DNA of 63,050 nt, the filler included, from Pseudomonadota bacterium (GTDB lineage: Bacteria > Desulfobacterota > Desulfobacteria > Desulfobacterales > JBDRRP01), in assembly GCA_043825735.1 (NCBI GenBank). It is 7 parts of 7 records of this genome, joined end to end, with 100 filler letters (N's around TTAATTAATTAA, not from the genome) between each part and the next. Parts side by side here need not be neighbours in the genome. Positions count along the whole stretch, not along the records: positions 10,907 to 19,904 come from JBDRRP010000106.1; positions 20,005 to 35,087 come from JBDRRP010000109.1; 5 more parts are not named here. One strand, written 5' to 3'. Made by a program: the position numbers and the translations under genes. Of the stretch, positions 11,754 through 21,394 are shown piece by piece. Position 1 is the stretch's first letter. Each line of letters begins with the position of its first letter. The notes under the pieces are model-generated. The model made no database searches. It had not been told where the DNA came from and saw only the letters and a list, made by a program, of their open reading frames with translations.

Positions 11754-12605
11754 ATGGAAGGACTGATCGTTGTCGTTGTCTTCGTCGCGCTGGTGATCGT
11801 CACCCTGGTCCTGGGCGTACGGATCGTTCCCCAGGGCAGCAAGCACGTTGTTCAGCGGCTGGGCAAATACCAGAAGACGCTCGGCCCGGGCCTGAATATC
11901 ATCATCCCCTACATCGACACCGTGGCCCATAAAGTCACCAGCAAAGACATCGTGCTGGACATCCCCTCCCAGGAGGTCATCACCCGCGACAATGCCGTCA
12001 TCATCGTCAACGCCGTGGCCTACATGAACATCATCTCACCGGAAAAAGCGGTCTATGGCGTGGAAGACTACCGGATCGCCATCCAGAACCTGGTTCAGAC
12101 CTCGCTGCGTTCCATTGTCGGTGAAATGGATCTGGACGATGCGCTTTCCTCCCGAGACATGATCAAGGCCAAGCTCAAGGCGGCCATCTCTGACGATATC
12201 TCGGACTGGGGCATCACCATGAAAACCGTCGAGATCCAGGATATCAACCCCAGCCAGACCATGCAGACCGCCATGGAAGAGCAGGCGGCGGCCGAACGCC
12301 AGCGGCGTGCCACGGTGACCCGGGCCGACGGGGAAAAGGCCGCGGCCATTTTAGAGGCCGAAGGCCGCCTGGAAGCCTCCAAGCGCGATGCCCAGGCCAA
12401 GGTCGTTCTTGCCGAGGCCAGCCGGCGCGCCATCCAGATGGTCACCGAGGCCATCGGCAGCAATGAAATCCCCGTGATGTACCTGATCGGTGAAAAATAC
12501 GTGGAATCCCTGAAAAGCCTGGCGGCCTCGACAAACGCCAAGGTGGTGCTGATGCCGTCTGAGATTCCGGCGGCCATCCGCGGGATTTTGGGGGGAACGA
12601 AATAG
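11754..12605 (+). CDS. SPFH/band 7 protein (QmcA/paraslipin-like)
   Basis: VVQRLGKY, PGLNIIIPYID, QEVITRDN, AERQRRA; GGAGGA RBS before ATG 11754. Confidence 0.92.
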   Translation: MEGLIVVVVFVALVIVTLVLGVRIVPQGSKHVVQRLGKYQKTLGPGLNIIIPYIDTVAHKVTSKDIVLDIPSQEVITRDNAVIIVNAVAYMNIISPEKAVYGVEDYRIAIQNLVQTSLRSIVGEMDLDDALSSRDMIKAKLKAAISDDISDWGITMKTVEIQDINPSQTMQTAMEEQAAAERQRRATVTRADGEKAAAILEAEGRLEASKRDAQAKVVLAEASRRAIQMVTEAIGSNEIPVMYLIGEKYVESLKSLAASTNAKVVLMPSEIPAAIRGILGGTK

Positions 12606-12633
12606 CGTGGCCTGGCCAGCGCAGGAGGCCGCG

Positions 12634-13794
12634 TTATTTGAACTTTCTTGAGGGCAAGAAAGCTAAAATAATTTCGCGTTTAACGCGAATGCCATTCTGG
12701 GTACGTTCCATTAATCCCATGCCAATGAGTTTGTTGACATCTCGTACCATTGTTTTTCTTGTTTTTGTTGCGTAGGCGAATGCCATCCGGGTGCTGACCT
12801 CAGGTATTTTAGATATACGAATTGATTCGTCTGTCTGGAAAGAGAGATCCAGCGCTAAATGCCTTTGGCGGATCGCGGATTCAGATTTTTGGTCTTTAAA
12901 TTTTTCATGAACATAGTTACGCCATACAATGTCCCATTGTTGCATTCTGATAATATTTAGTTGGTCCTTAAGTTCATAAACATATCCTTCTATCGCATAT
13001 TTTATAAAATGAGCTATATCGCCCTTGGCTTTGCTTGTTCTATCCAGCTGCCGGTAATATTCGCTTCGTGTTTGGTTATAAAAGTTGCTTAATAAATGTG
13101 CGGCGGGTGTTGGTATCCCAGCTTCTAAAAGGATTTGAAATTCTATCAGCCTGGCCGTCCGGCCGTTTCCATCTCCAAACGGATGTATCCAGACAAAATA
13201 AATATGGGCGATTATGGCCTTGATGATTCCAAAAACAATCCTGTTGTTTTCAGGGATCTCGAATTCATTAAGCCACTGGCAAAGCCTATCAAGCAGGTAC
13301 AGGCAGTCTTCAGCTGGCGCCGCGCGGTAGCCACCAACGCCAACTGGAAAGGTTCTGATTTGTCCAGGTAAGATTGAATCCTCCAGGGATAGATTTCTTA
13401 ATACCAGTTTATTATAAGCCTCAATTTTATTAACTGACAGTTCAACTTTGTCTCGAACAAGAATGTCGGTAGAGATTACTTCGCAAGCGGCTATTATATT
13501 GTCTATTTCATTTGAGAGATATTCTTTTGAGGGAGGCAACTCCAATTTGCCTTCAAAATGCTGAAGAACCTGTGATTCTGTCAGCGTATTTCCTTCGATT
13601 GCTGTTGTAGCTAGGACTCCTTTCGCTAAATAGACTTCGTGCAGCTGTTTTGCTACAGAAGGCCGAAGAGGGACTCCAGAAATATGTTCACACTTAGATT
13701 GAGCTTCTCCGAGCTCGATCCAAATCGAATAATCAAGGTGTCTTAAATCGATTTGAAACGTCAACCATGGATGCGTCTTTAGATATGCCCTCAT
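12634..13794 (-). CDS. Fic-domain protein (class II, N-terminal inhibitory motif)
   Basis: HPFGDGNGRTAR catalytic motif and TTAIEGN inhibitory motif; AT-rich. Confidence 0.92.
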   Translation of the reverse strand: MRAYLKTHPWLTFQIDLRHLDYSIWIELGEAQSKCEHISGVPLRPSVAKQLHEVYLAKGVLATTAIEGNTLTESQVLQHFEGKLELPPSKEYLSNEIDNIIAACEVISTDILVRDKVELSVNKIEAYNKLVLRNLSLEDSILPGQIRTFPVGVGGYRAAPAEDCLYLLDRLCQWLNEFEIPENNRIVFGIIKAIIAHIYFVWIHPFGDGNGRTARLIEFQILLEAGIPTPAAHLLSNFYNQTRSEYYRQLDRTSKAKGDIAHFIKYAIEGYVYELKDQLNIIRMQQWDIVWRNYVHEKFKDQKSESAIRQRHLALDLSFQTDESIRISKIPEVSTRMAFAYATKTRKTMVRDVNKLIGMGLMERTQNGIRVKREIILAFLPSRKFK

Positions 13795-14051
13795 ATATGT
13801 CCCTATTTATGTCCGGTTATAAAACACATAAAATAACTGTAAATACAGCACTGTATCTATTCTCTAAAGAGATTTTTTACATATTCTATGTCCCATTAAT
13901 TTTGCAGTCAACAAATAAATGGTTTTCGATACCGTAACTCGGCGCCAGCGAAGAAGCAGCCGATCCCTTGACAGATGAATCGGGGGTCTATTAAAAAACT
14001 CCCTTTGGTTATCGACGCCGCATCCATCACTCTCATTGAGGAGTAACACCC

Positions 14052-15662
14052 ATGAGCGCATTCGTTTATCAGGACATGTTCCCCCTGGGGCCGGATACCA
14101 CCACCTATCGCCAACTCACCACCGACTTCGTGTCGGTGGAGACCTTCCAGGGGAAAAATATCCTTGTCGTGAAGCCCGAAGGGCTGACGCTGCTGGCCGA
14201 GCAGGCCTTCAAGGACGTCTCTCACCTGCTGCGGCCGTCCCACCTCAAGCTGGTGCAGGCCATATTCACCGATCCGGAGGCCAGCGAGAACGACCGGTTG
14301 GTGGCGCTGGAGATGGTCAAAAACGCCGTGATCGCCGCCGACCGGGTCTACCCCTTGTGCCAGGACACCGGCACCGCCGTCATCCTCGGCAAAAAGGGGC
14401 AGCAGGTGTGGACCGGCGCCGATGACGCCACCGCGCTTTCCAGGGGCGTATTCAACGCTTATACCGAAAACTATCTCCGGTATTCCCAGAACGCCCCGCT
14501 GACCATGTTCGCCGAGCAGAACACCCGGTGCAACCTGCCTGCGCAGATCGACCTTTATGCCACCGAGGGCGATGCCTATAAGTTTCTGTTCATCGCCAAG
14601 GGCGGGGGCTCGGCCAACAAGACCTATCTCTTTCAGGAGACCAAGGCGGTGCTGAATCCCGACACCCTGATCCCCTTCATGACGGCGAAGATGCGCTCTC
14701 TGGGCACCGCGGCCTGTCCGCCTTACCATCTGGCCTTCGTGGTGGGGGGAACCTCCGCCGAGCTGACACTGAAGACGGTGAAGCTGGCTTCGGCCGGCTA
14801 TCTGGACGCGCTGCCCACGAGCGGTGCTGAGACGGGGCATGCTTTCAGGGACATCGAACTGGAAGAAAAGCTCATGGCCGTGGCCCGGGAGCTGGGCATT
14901 GGCGCCCAGTTCGGCGGCAAGCACTTCTGCCTCGATGTGCGGGTGGTGCGGCTGCCGCGACACGGGGCCTCGTGCCCCATCGGGGTGGGCGTGAGCTGCA
15001 GCGCGGATCGCAACGTCAAGGCCAAGATCACCGCCGAGGGGATTTTCCTGGAACAGCTGGAGACCGATCCGGCACGGTATCTGCCGTCGGTGGCGGTGAC
15101 CGGAAAGGCGCCGGTGCCGATCGATCTTGACAGACCCATGGACGAGATCCGTGCCGAGCTCACCCGGTATCCCGTGGCCACCCCGCTGCTGCTTTCCGGT
15201 AAAATCGTGGTAGGCCGAGACATCGCCCATGCCAAGCTCAAGGAGGCCATGGATGCGGGCAAGGGGTTGCCCGATTATGTCAAAAACCACATCATCTACT
15301 ATGCCGGCCCGGCCAAGACACCCGAGGGTGAGGCATCCGGCTCATTCGGTCCCACCACGGCGGCACGCATGGATCCTTATGTGCCGATCTTTCAGGCCGA
15401 GGGCGGCTCCATGGTCATGCTGGCCAAGGGCAACCGCAGCCAGCAGGTGGTGGACGCCTGCAAGAAATTCGGCGGATTCTATCTCGGTTCCATCGGCGGT
15501 CCGGCGGCGCGTCTGGGAAAGGAGTGCATCACCCAGGTGGATGTGGTGGCCTACGAGGAGCTGGGCATGGAAGCCATATTCATGATCACCGTGAAAGACT
15601 TTCCCGCCTTCATCCTCATCGACGACAAGGGAAACGATTTTTTCAAGGGATTGCTTTATTAG
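14052..15662 (+). CDS. fumA: Class I (Fe-S) fumarate hydratase, fused alpha/beta
   Basis: [30 protein letters not shown] and GPTTAARMD motifs. Confidence 0.93.
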   Translation: MSAFVYQDMFPLGPDTTTYRQLTTDFVSVETFQGKNILVVKPEGLTLLAEQAFKDVSHLLRPSHLKLVQAIFTDPEASENDRLVALEMVKNAVIAADRVYPLCQDTGTAVILGKKGQQVWTGADDATALSRGVFNAYTENYLRYSQNAPLTMFAEQNTRCNLPAQIDLYATEGDAYKFLFIAKGGGSANKTYLFQETKAVLNPDTLIPFMTAKMRSLGTAACPPYHLAFVVGGTSAELTLKTVKLASAGYLDALPTSGAETGHAFRDIELEEKLMAVARELGIGAQFGGKHFCLDVRVVRLPRHGASCPIGVGVSCSADRNVKAKITAEGIFLEQLETDPARYLPSVAVTGKAPVPIDLDRPMDEIRAELTRYPVATPLLLSGKIVVGRDIAHAKLKEAMDAGKGLPDYVKNHIIYYAGPAKTPEGEASGSFGPTTAARMDPYVPIFQAEGGSMVMLAKGNRSQQVVDACKKFGGFYLGSIGGPAARLGKECITQVDVVAYEELGMEAIFMITVKDFPAFILIDDKGNDFFKGLLY

Positions 15663-15788
15663 CGCCTGCGGCCCGTCGATTGCTCACTGCGTTCGCGTTA
15701 ATCGGCTTTGCCGTCAATGAATAGCTTCTGAATTTCAATAGAAGAAAATAGTGCTGCGCCATAGGCGAAAGTAAACTGCTGAAGGCAT

Positions 15789-15957
15789 TGTTGACGTGCC
15801 GAAGGCACATATGACGCCCCGAAGGGGCAATTGAAGCGCCGCCAGGCGCAACTGACGGGCCGAAGGCCCAGTTGACGCGAGCAACGCGAGCATATGACGC
15901 TGGCGAAGCCAGCATGTGACGGCCGCGCAGCGGCCATATGACGCGAGCTCAGCGAGC
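15789..15957. repeat. Tandem array of eight ~20-nt units, six of them mini-hairpins, joined by NNNTGAC-type linkers
   Basis: GTGCC-GAA-GGCAC, GCCCC-GAA-GGGGC, GCGCC-GCCA-GGCGC, GGGCC-GAA-GGCCC, GCTGGC-GAA-GCCAGC, GGCCGC-GCA-GCGGCC, plus two GCGAGC..CGAGC units. Confidence 0.8.
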
Positions 15958-16658
15958 TATTTTCTGGATTTGAAGAAATCGATGACGAAAGTGATGTGCC
16001 GCTGCATGGCTTCGAAAGCGGCATCGGGGTCGTGCGTGCGCAGGCACTCGTAAATGGCGTGGTGCTGCTTGAGGATTTCCTTGATGTTGTCTGGGTTCTC
16101 GTAGAGATGGGCGAGGTTCTTTTTGATGCCGACAAACAGAAAATCGTAAAAACTGCGCATCAGGCTGACTTGGACGGGATTTTTGGTGGCGTAGGCGATG
16201 GCCATATGAAAGGCGACGTCGGCTTCGGTCCCCAGGCGCCCCGATTCGGTTTCGTCCCTCATTTCCTGGATGCTTCTTTCAAGAATCGATACATCCTTGC
16301 CATTGGCCCTCATGGCGGCCAGCGCTGCGGCATTGCATTCCAGCCCCATGCGCACCTCTAAAAGGTCGTGGATGGTGGCGTCTTCGGTTTCCATGGCCGC
16401 TGCCAGGGGATTTTCCGGACGTGTGTCCGGGGACTGAACAAAGGTGCCCTGCCCCTGGCGGTGCTCCAGCAGTCCCAGCGTGACGAGCTTGTTTATGGCA
16501 TCGCGAACGCTCGTGCGGCTGACCTGGAGAACCTGGGCCAGCTCCCGCTCCGGCATGAGCTGCTGTCCGGGCTTGATTTCACCGCGGAAAATGGATTCCC
16601 GGAGCTGCTCGAACACCTGGTCGGAGATCCGTTTGAGTTTGATCGGTTTGAGTTCCAT
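15957..16658 (-). CDS. GntR/FadR-family regulator (LldR/LutR-like)
   Basis: wHTH (PERELAQVLQVSRTSVRDA, QGQGTFV) and FCD domain (DVAFHMAIA). Confidence 0.92.
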   Translation of the reverse strand: MELKPIKLKRISDQVFEQLRESIFRGEIKPGQQLMPERELAQVLQVSRTSVRDAINKLVTLGLLEHRQGQGTFVQSPDTRPENPLAAAMETEDATIHDLLEVRMGLECNAAALAAMRANGKDVSILERSIQEMRDETESGRLGTEADVAFHMAIAYATKNPVQVSLMRSFYDFLFVGIKKNLAHLYENPDNIKEILKQHHAIYECLRTHDPDAAFEAMQRHITFVIDFFKSRK

Positions 16659-17962
16659 CAGCGCTTTCTTTCTATCATTTCAGCATAGAGTTCGATGGGG
16701 TGTCTGACCGGGACATTCACACCGGCCCCAGACAGCATGTCCGAGATCTGGGCCATGCAGGCCGGGCATCCGGTGGTAACGATCCGGCATCCTGACGATT
16801 CGATGTCGCGGCGCTTGAGGGTGCCGATACTACGGGAGATATCGTAATATTGCAAATTAAAGCTGCCCCCCATGCCGCAGCATTTGTCGGGTGCGGCCAG
16901 TTCCCGGAGCCGGTATCGGGGGTTGGCGCGGATGACCGCCCGGGGCTCGGTGAATACGCCGAGGGATTTTTTCAGGTGGCAGGGATCGTGGTAGGCCACG
17001 GCGACAGCATCCGGCGCCGGCTCCGCCGCCGGTGAAACGCCCAGTTCGTTGACCAGGTAGGCGTTGATATCCATGGCCTTGGCACTGAGCCGGGCCACCG
17101 CGCTCTGCCGGTTTTTTGGCTGCCCGGACGCCATTCGCGGCCACACTTCACGGATGGTGGCAGTGCAGGTGGCGCAGGCCGTCAGCAGAACGTCGAACGC
17201 GTCGTTTTCAAAGAGCGCGATATTGTGGGCCACCAGGTGGTTGAAGGTCTCCTGGTCGCCGGAGGATATCGCCGGTATCCCGCAGCAGGCCTGGCCTTCG
17301 GGAAGAAAGACGCCGACGCCGTGGTGATCCATGATTTTCAGCGTTGCGAGTGCGATATCGGGGAAGAGCTTATCGATGAGACACCCGACGAACAGGGCCA
17401 CGCGGCGCCCGGAATTGCCCGTCGGCTGATTCATGGCGGGCACCTGCCGGTGAAACGGGGTTTCGGCGAGCGGCCGGAAGTGGCGCTCCCCGATGAGCGG
17501 CGACATGAACCGGGCGCAGGAAGTCCCGATCACGTCGTTGACCGGGCGGGTGAACACTTTCTGGAATACGGCCCCCCATTCCGTGAGGCGGTCAAAGAGC
17601 GCCGGATGGGCCAGCAGGCCCCGGAGGATGGCTTTTTTCGGTGCTGAAAGCCCCATGGCGGCGGTCAGGATGGCGCGCGCTTTGAGGAAGATGCCCAGGG
17701 TGTCCACACCGCTGGGGCAATTGGCCGCGCAGGAGCCGCAGAGCAGACATTTGTTGAGCCGCTCCAGGGTGCCCTCCGGGTCGTCGAATATCTTCGTCAT
17801 CAGCCCTGCCAGCAGGGCCAGCTTACCCCGGGCCACGTCGGCCTCCCGGCCGGTCTGTTCGTAGACCGGGCACACGGACTGGCACATGCCGCAGCGCATG
17901 CAGACCACCAACTGCTCTTCAAGTTCTCTCATCAACCGGGCGATGGCATCGACATCCGCCAT
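16658..17962 (-). CDS. Fe-S subunit with CCG domains (GlcF-like) of a putative lactate/glycolate dehydrogenase
   Basis: CMRCGMCQSVCP, CLLCGSCAANCP, two CCG motifs and YHDPCHL. Confidence 0.88.
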   Translation of the reverse strand: MADVDAIARLMRELEEQLVVCMRCGMCQSVCPVYEQTGREADVARGKLALLAGLMTKIFDDPEGTLERLNKCLLCGSCAANCPSGVDTLGIFLKARAILTAAMGLSAPKKAILRGLLAHPALFDRLTEWGAVFQKVFTRPVNDVIGTSCARFMSPLIGERHFRPLAETPFHRQVPAMNQPTGNSGRRVALFVGCLIDKLFPDIALATLKIMDHHGVGVFLPEGQACCGIPAISSGDQETFNHLVAHNIALFENDAFDVLLTACATCTATIREVWPRMASGQPKNRQSAVARLSAKAMDINAYLVNELGVSPAAEPAPDAVAVAYHDPCHLKKSLGVFTEPRAVIRANPRYRLRELAAPDKCCGMGGSFNLQYYDISRSIGTLKRRDIESSGCRIVTTGCPACMAQISDMLSGAGVNVPVRHPIELYAEMIERKR

Positions 17963-17964
17963 GA

Positions 17965-19347
17965 TTATCCTCCGATGATCTTTCCGGGATTCAGAATGTT
18001 GTTGGGATCCAGTGCGGCCTTGATCCGCTTGGCATAGAAAATGGTTCCGGCGGATGTTTCCTTTTCAAGGTATTTGGACTTGGCAATCCCGGTGCCGTGC
18101 TCACCGGAGAGCGTACCGCCCAAGGCGAGGGCCCTTTCGAAGATCGCATCGATGGCTTTTTCCACCCGATGCCATTCTTCCTTGTTACGCTTGTCGGTAA
18201 GGATCGTGGGGTGCAGGTTGCCGTCGCCGGCGTGTCCGAAGGTGCCGATAGATAGATCGAACTGCCGACTGATTTCCTGTATCGCCTGGACCATGGCCGG
18301 AATTTTGCTTCGGGGTACGGTGGCGTCTTCGAGGACCAGGGTGGGTTTGAGCTTGGCGAGCGCCGAGAGCGCACTGCGGCGGGCAGCCCAGACACCGTCT
18401 CGCTCCTTGTCGTCGGCAGCGACTCGGATGCCCGTCGCACCGTGTTTGCGGCAGATCGTCTCGATTTTTTCGGCCTCTTCGGCCACCTGGGCCGGATGGC
18501 CGTCGACTTCGATCAGCAGCAGGGCGGCGGCGTCAACCGGCAACCCGACGCCGCTGTAGTCTTCTACCGCACGGATGGTGAAGTTGTCCATGATCTCCAG
18601 TGTCGCGGGCACGATGCGGCCGGCGATGATGGCAGCGACCGTGGTGGAGGCCTTTTCGATGCTGTCGAACATGGCAAGCATGGCGCGGCGGGCCGCCGGC
18701 GGCGGTATCAGCTTTAAAGTGATTTCATTGAATACGCCCAGTGTGCCTTCAGAGCCCACCAGAAGGCCGCTCAGATCGTATCCGGTGGCGCATTTCACGG
18801 TGCGGGCACCGGTTTTCACCAGGTTGCCCCCCGCATCGAAGAATTCCAGCGCCATGACATAATTGCGCGTGACGCCGTATTTGAGTCCGCGCAGGCCGCC
18901 GGCATTTTCGGCCACATTCCCGCCCAGCGTGGACACCGCCTGGCTGCCCGGATCCGGCGGATAGAAAAGGCCGCGGGCTTCCACGGCGGCGGCAAATTTG
19001 GCGGTGATCACACCAGGCTGCACCACGGCATAAAGGTCTTCTTCATTGATTTCGAGGATTCGGTCGAGGCCGTTGGTGACAATCACTGCGCCGCCAGCGG
19101 TGGGGATGGTCCCGCCGCTCAGATTCGTTCCCGCGCCGCGTACGGTTACGGGAAGGCGGCTATCGTTGCACAGCGCGACCGCACGGCCCAGCGCCGCGCC
19201 GCTCCGGGGGCGCAGTACAACATCCGGGATGACCGCTTCCAAGGGTGCGGCGTCATAGGAATAGGTGAGTCGGTCTGTCACATCAGTGAATACATTGTCC
19301 GTTCCCAGGATCTCCTGGAAGGCCTTGATCAGCGCCTGATGGCTCAT
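17965..19347 (-). CDS. FAD-linked oxidoreductase (GlcD/D-lactate dehydrogenase-like)
   Basis: RGAGTNLSGG, PPDPGS, GSEGTLG, GHAGDGNLH and SGEHGTG motifs; start MSHQAL with a CAGGAGG RBS. Confidence 0.9.
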   Translation of the reverse strand: MSHQALIKAFQEILGTDNVFTDVTDRLTYSYDAAPLEAVIPDVVLRPRSGAALGRAVALCNDSRLPVTVRGAGTNLSGGTIPTAGGAVIVTNGLDRILEINEEDLYAVVQPGVITAKFAAAVEARGLFYPPDPGSQAVSTLGGNVAENAGGLRGLKYGVTRNYVMALEFFDAGGNLVKTGARTVKCATGYDLSGLLVGSEGTLGVFNEITLKLIPPPAARRAMLAMFDSIEKASTTVAAIIAGRIVPATLEIMDNFTIRAVEDYSGVGLPVDAAALLLIEVDGHPAQVAEEAEKIETICRKHGATGIRVAADDKERDGVWAARRSALSALAKLKPTLVLEDATVPRSKIPAMVQAIQEISRQFDLSIGTFGHAGDGNLHPTILTDKRNKEEWHRVEKAIDAIFERALALGGTLSGEHGTGIAKSKYLEKETSAGTIFYAKRIKAALDPNNILNPGKIIGG

Positions 19348-19399
19348 GGATTCCTCCTGCTTACAAAGCGTATCGATGGCTAAGCCGTTCTCAGCCAAA

Positions 19400-19416
19400 T
19401 ATTGGTAATACCAATA
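19400..19416. promoter_or_regulatory. FadR/LldR-type operator
   Basis: Palindrome TATTGGT-AAT-ACCAATA upstream of the dehydrogenase operon. Confidence 0.7.
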
Positions 19417-19513
19417 AAAAAGAGACCAAAATGCCTGCATACTGCTGTGCGTAGGGCCGGAAAATTTAGTAAATAATGAATAACATTCAAAATATCTTTA
19501 TTCAAGTTTTTTC

Positions 19514-19556
19514 TTGACCTCTGCAAGAAATTCAAATAGATAAGGTCATACCAATT
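19514..19556 (+). promoter_or_regulatory. Sigma70-like promoter with an overlapping second FadR-type box
   Basis: TTGACC-17nt-TAGATA, then AGGT-CAT-ACCAATT. Confidence 0.55.
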
Positions 19557-19704
19557 GTTTTTCAGATTTAGTTTATTTTTCGTGTTCAGTTGCCGCAGAT
19601 TCTGCAGCGTTGGTGTGTTGCGCACAAGGATGCGGTAGGGCCTGCCACGCCATCCCGGGGTGGTAGATTGTCAACAATATCAGGTGACGGAGGAGGCTAC
19701 GAAA

Positions 19705-19904
19705 ATGAAACGAGTTCTTACCATTGCGTTGGCGCTGGTGCTGGCAGCCAGTTTTACGCTCACCACAGCCAATGCGGCCGAAAAGCGGGAGAAGTTTGGT
19801 GTAGACAAGCGCAGTGACGTTGCCAAGCGTGTGACGTTCAAGCCTTCGACGGAGAAGATCCGCTGGAAGATGGTGATGCCCTGGAGCAAGGGCCTTTTAT
19901 TTTA
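19705..19904 (+). CDS. TRAP transporter substrate-binding protein (DctP-like), 5' fragment
   Basis: GGAGG RBS, signal peptide ending ANA, IRWKMVMPW N-terminal motif; cut by the contig end. Confidence 0.65.
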
Positions 19905-20004
19905 NNNNNNNNNNNNNNNNNNNNNNNNNNNNNNNNNNNNNNNNNNNNTTAATTAATTAANNNNNNNNNNNNNNNNNNNNNNNNNNNNNNNNNNNNNNNN
20001 NNNN
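19905..20004. other. Artificial contig linker
   Basis: N-TTAATTAATTAA-N. Confidence 0.99.
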
Positions 20005-20163
<159 letters not shown>

Positions 20164-20230
20164 TCATAATCATAGGTCAACTAACGTGCGCCGCGCAGCC
20201 GCATGCCGCTCGCGGTCGCAACAGATATCC

Positions 20231-20701
20231 CTACCACCTGAAATGGGCGAATGCCTTGTTGGCCTCGGCCATCTTGTGCGTATCTTCACGCTTTTTTATG
20301 GTGCCACCGCGTTTGTTGGCGGCGTCCATGATCTCACCGGCAAGCTTTGCTGCCATCCCGTTTTCGGAACGGGTCCGCGCGAAATTGATGATCCAGCGAA
20401 TCCCCAGGGCGGTGCGCCGTGAAGGCCGAATCTCGGTAGGCACCTGATAGGTGGAGCCGCCGACACGCCGGGACTTAACTTCAATCGTCGGGCGCACATT
20501 CTCCATTGCCTGTTCGAAAACCTTGACTGGATCATCACTGGTGCGGTCGCTGATGATGTCAAAAGCCCCGTACATGATCCGCTCGGCGGTGCTTTTCTTA
20601 CCGTCGTGCATGATGGACTTAATAAATTTTGAAACAAGCTTGTTGCCGTATATGGCATCCGGAATGACTGGCCTGACTGGGACTTCTCTTCTTCTCGGCA
20701 T
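20231..20701 (-). CDS. rpsG: 30S ribosomal protein S7
   Basis: [17 protein letters not shown] and [13 protein letters not shown]. Confidence 0.98.
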   Translation of the reverse strand: MPRRREVPVRPVIPDAIYGNKLVSKFIKSIMHDGKKSTAERIMYGAFDIISDRTSDDPVKVFEQAMENVRPTIEVKSRRVGGSTYQVPTEIRPSRRTALGIRWIINFARTRSENGMAAKLAGEIMDAANKRGGTIKKREDTHKMAEANKAFAHFRW

Positions 20702-20884
20702 ATCCTACACCATAACTTTCAATTGGATTCAAAAACCGGCGCCGCTCACTCTTTTTATTCTGTGCGCCGCATTGCCGTATATTATGGACCCGAAACCGGC
20801 TGCTGGGAATCCACCCTCCCCGGCCCACCGGCAGTGTCTATCTCTCAGTGTTGGCTTCGTACACGACAGCCATCTCACTGGTCT

Positions 20885-21256
20885 CTATTTCGGTCGCTTG
20901 GTTCCGTACTTGGAGCGACTCTGTTTCCGGCCGTCGACTCCGAGGGTGTCCAAGGTGCCGCGCACGATGTGGTACCTGACACCCGGCAAGTCTTTGACGC
21001 GACCGCCCCGGACAAGCACAACAGAGTGCTCCTGCAAATTATGCCCAATCCCGGGGATGTATGCGGTCACCTCGATGCCTGTGGTCAGCCTGACGCGGGC
21101 GACTTTTCGAAGCGCTGAGTTGGGTTTCTTAGGCGTTGACGTATAGACTCTCGTACACACACCGCGCTTTTGCGGAGCGCCTTTCAGCGCCGGTGTATTG
21201 GTCTTTTTATTGACCCGAGTTCTTCCCTTTCTGACCAGCTGGTTTATCGTCGGCAT
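20885..21256 (-). CDS. rpsL: 30S ribosomal protein S12
   Basis: [22 protein letters not shown] and [10 protein letters not shown]. Confidence 0.98.
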   Translation of the reverse strand: MPTINQLVRKGRTRVNKKTNTPALKGAPQKRGVCTRVYTSTPKKPNSALRKVARVRLTTGIEVTAYIPGIGHNLQEHSVVLVRGGRVKDLPGVRYHIVRGTLDTLGVDGRKQSRSKYGTKRPK

Positions 21257-21394
21257 TGTATCCTCTTAATTCAAATATTTTCCTAATTCGGAGGCTCGAC
21301 AAAAGCAGTCTTGTATATATATGGATGCCGCCTGTCAAGCTATTTTTTCCCACTCATCCGCCCATTATGGTCCCGGGCGGCCCAGAATGGCGTA

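Noticed and set aside
13908..15290. Long antisense ORFs (460 aa here; also 50553-51884 and 58189-59589)
   Set aside because: Shadow frames of GC-rich genes whose sense-strand products are clearly identified.
15789..15957. CRISPR array
   Set aside because: Units are ~20 nt with only a 7-nt constant part, the variable parts are self-complementary rather than unique spacers, and no cas genes are in the window.
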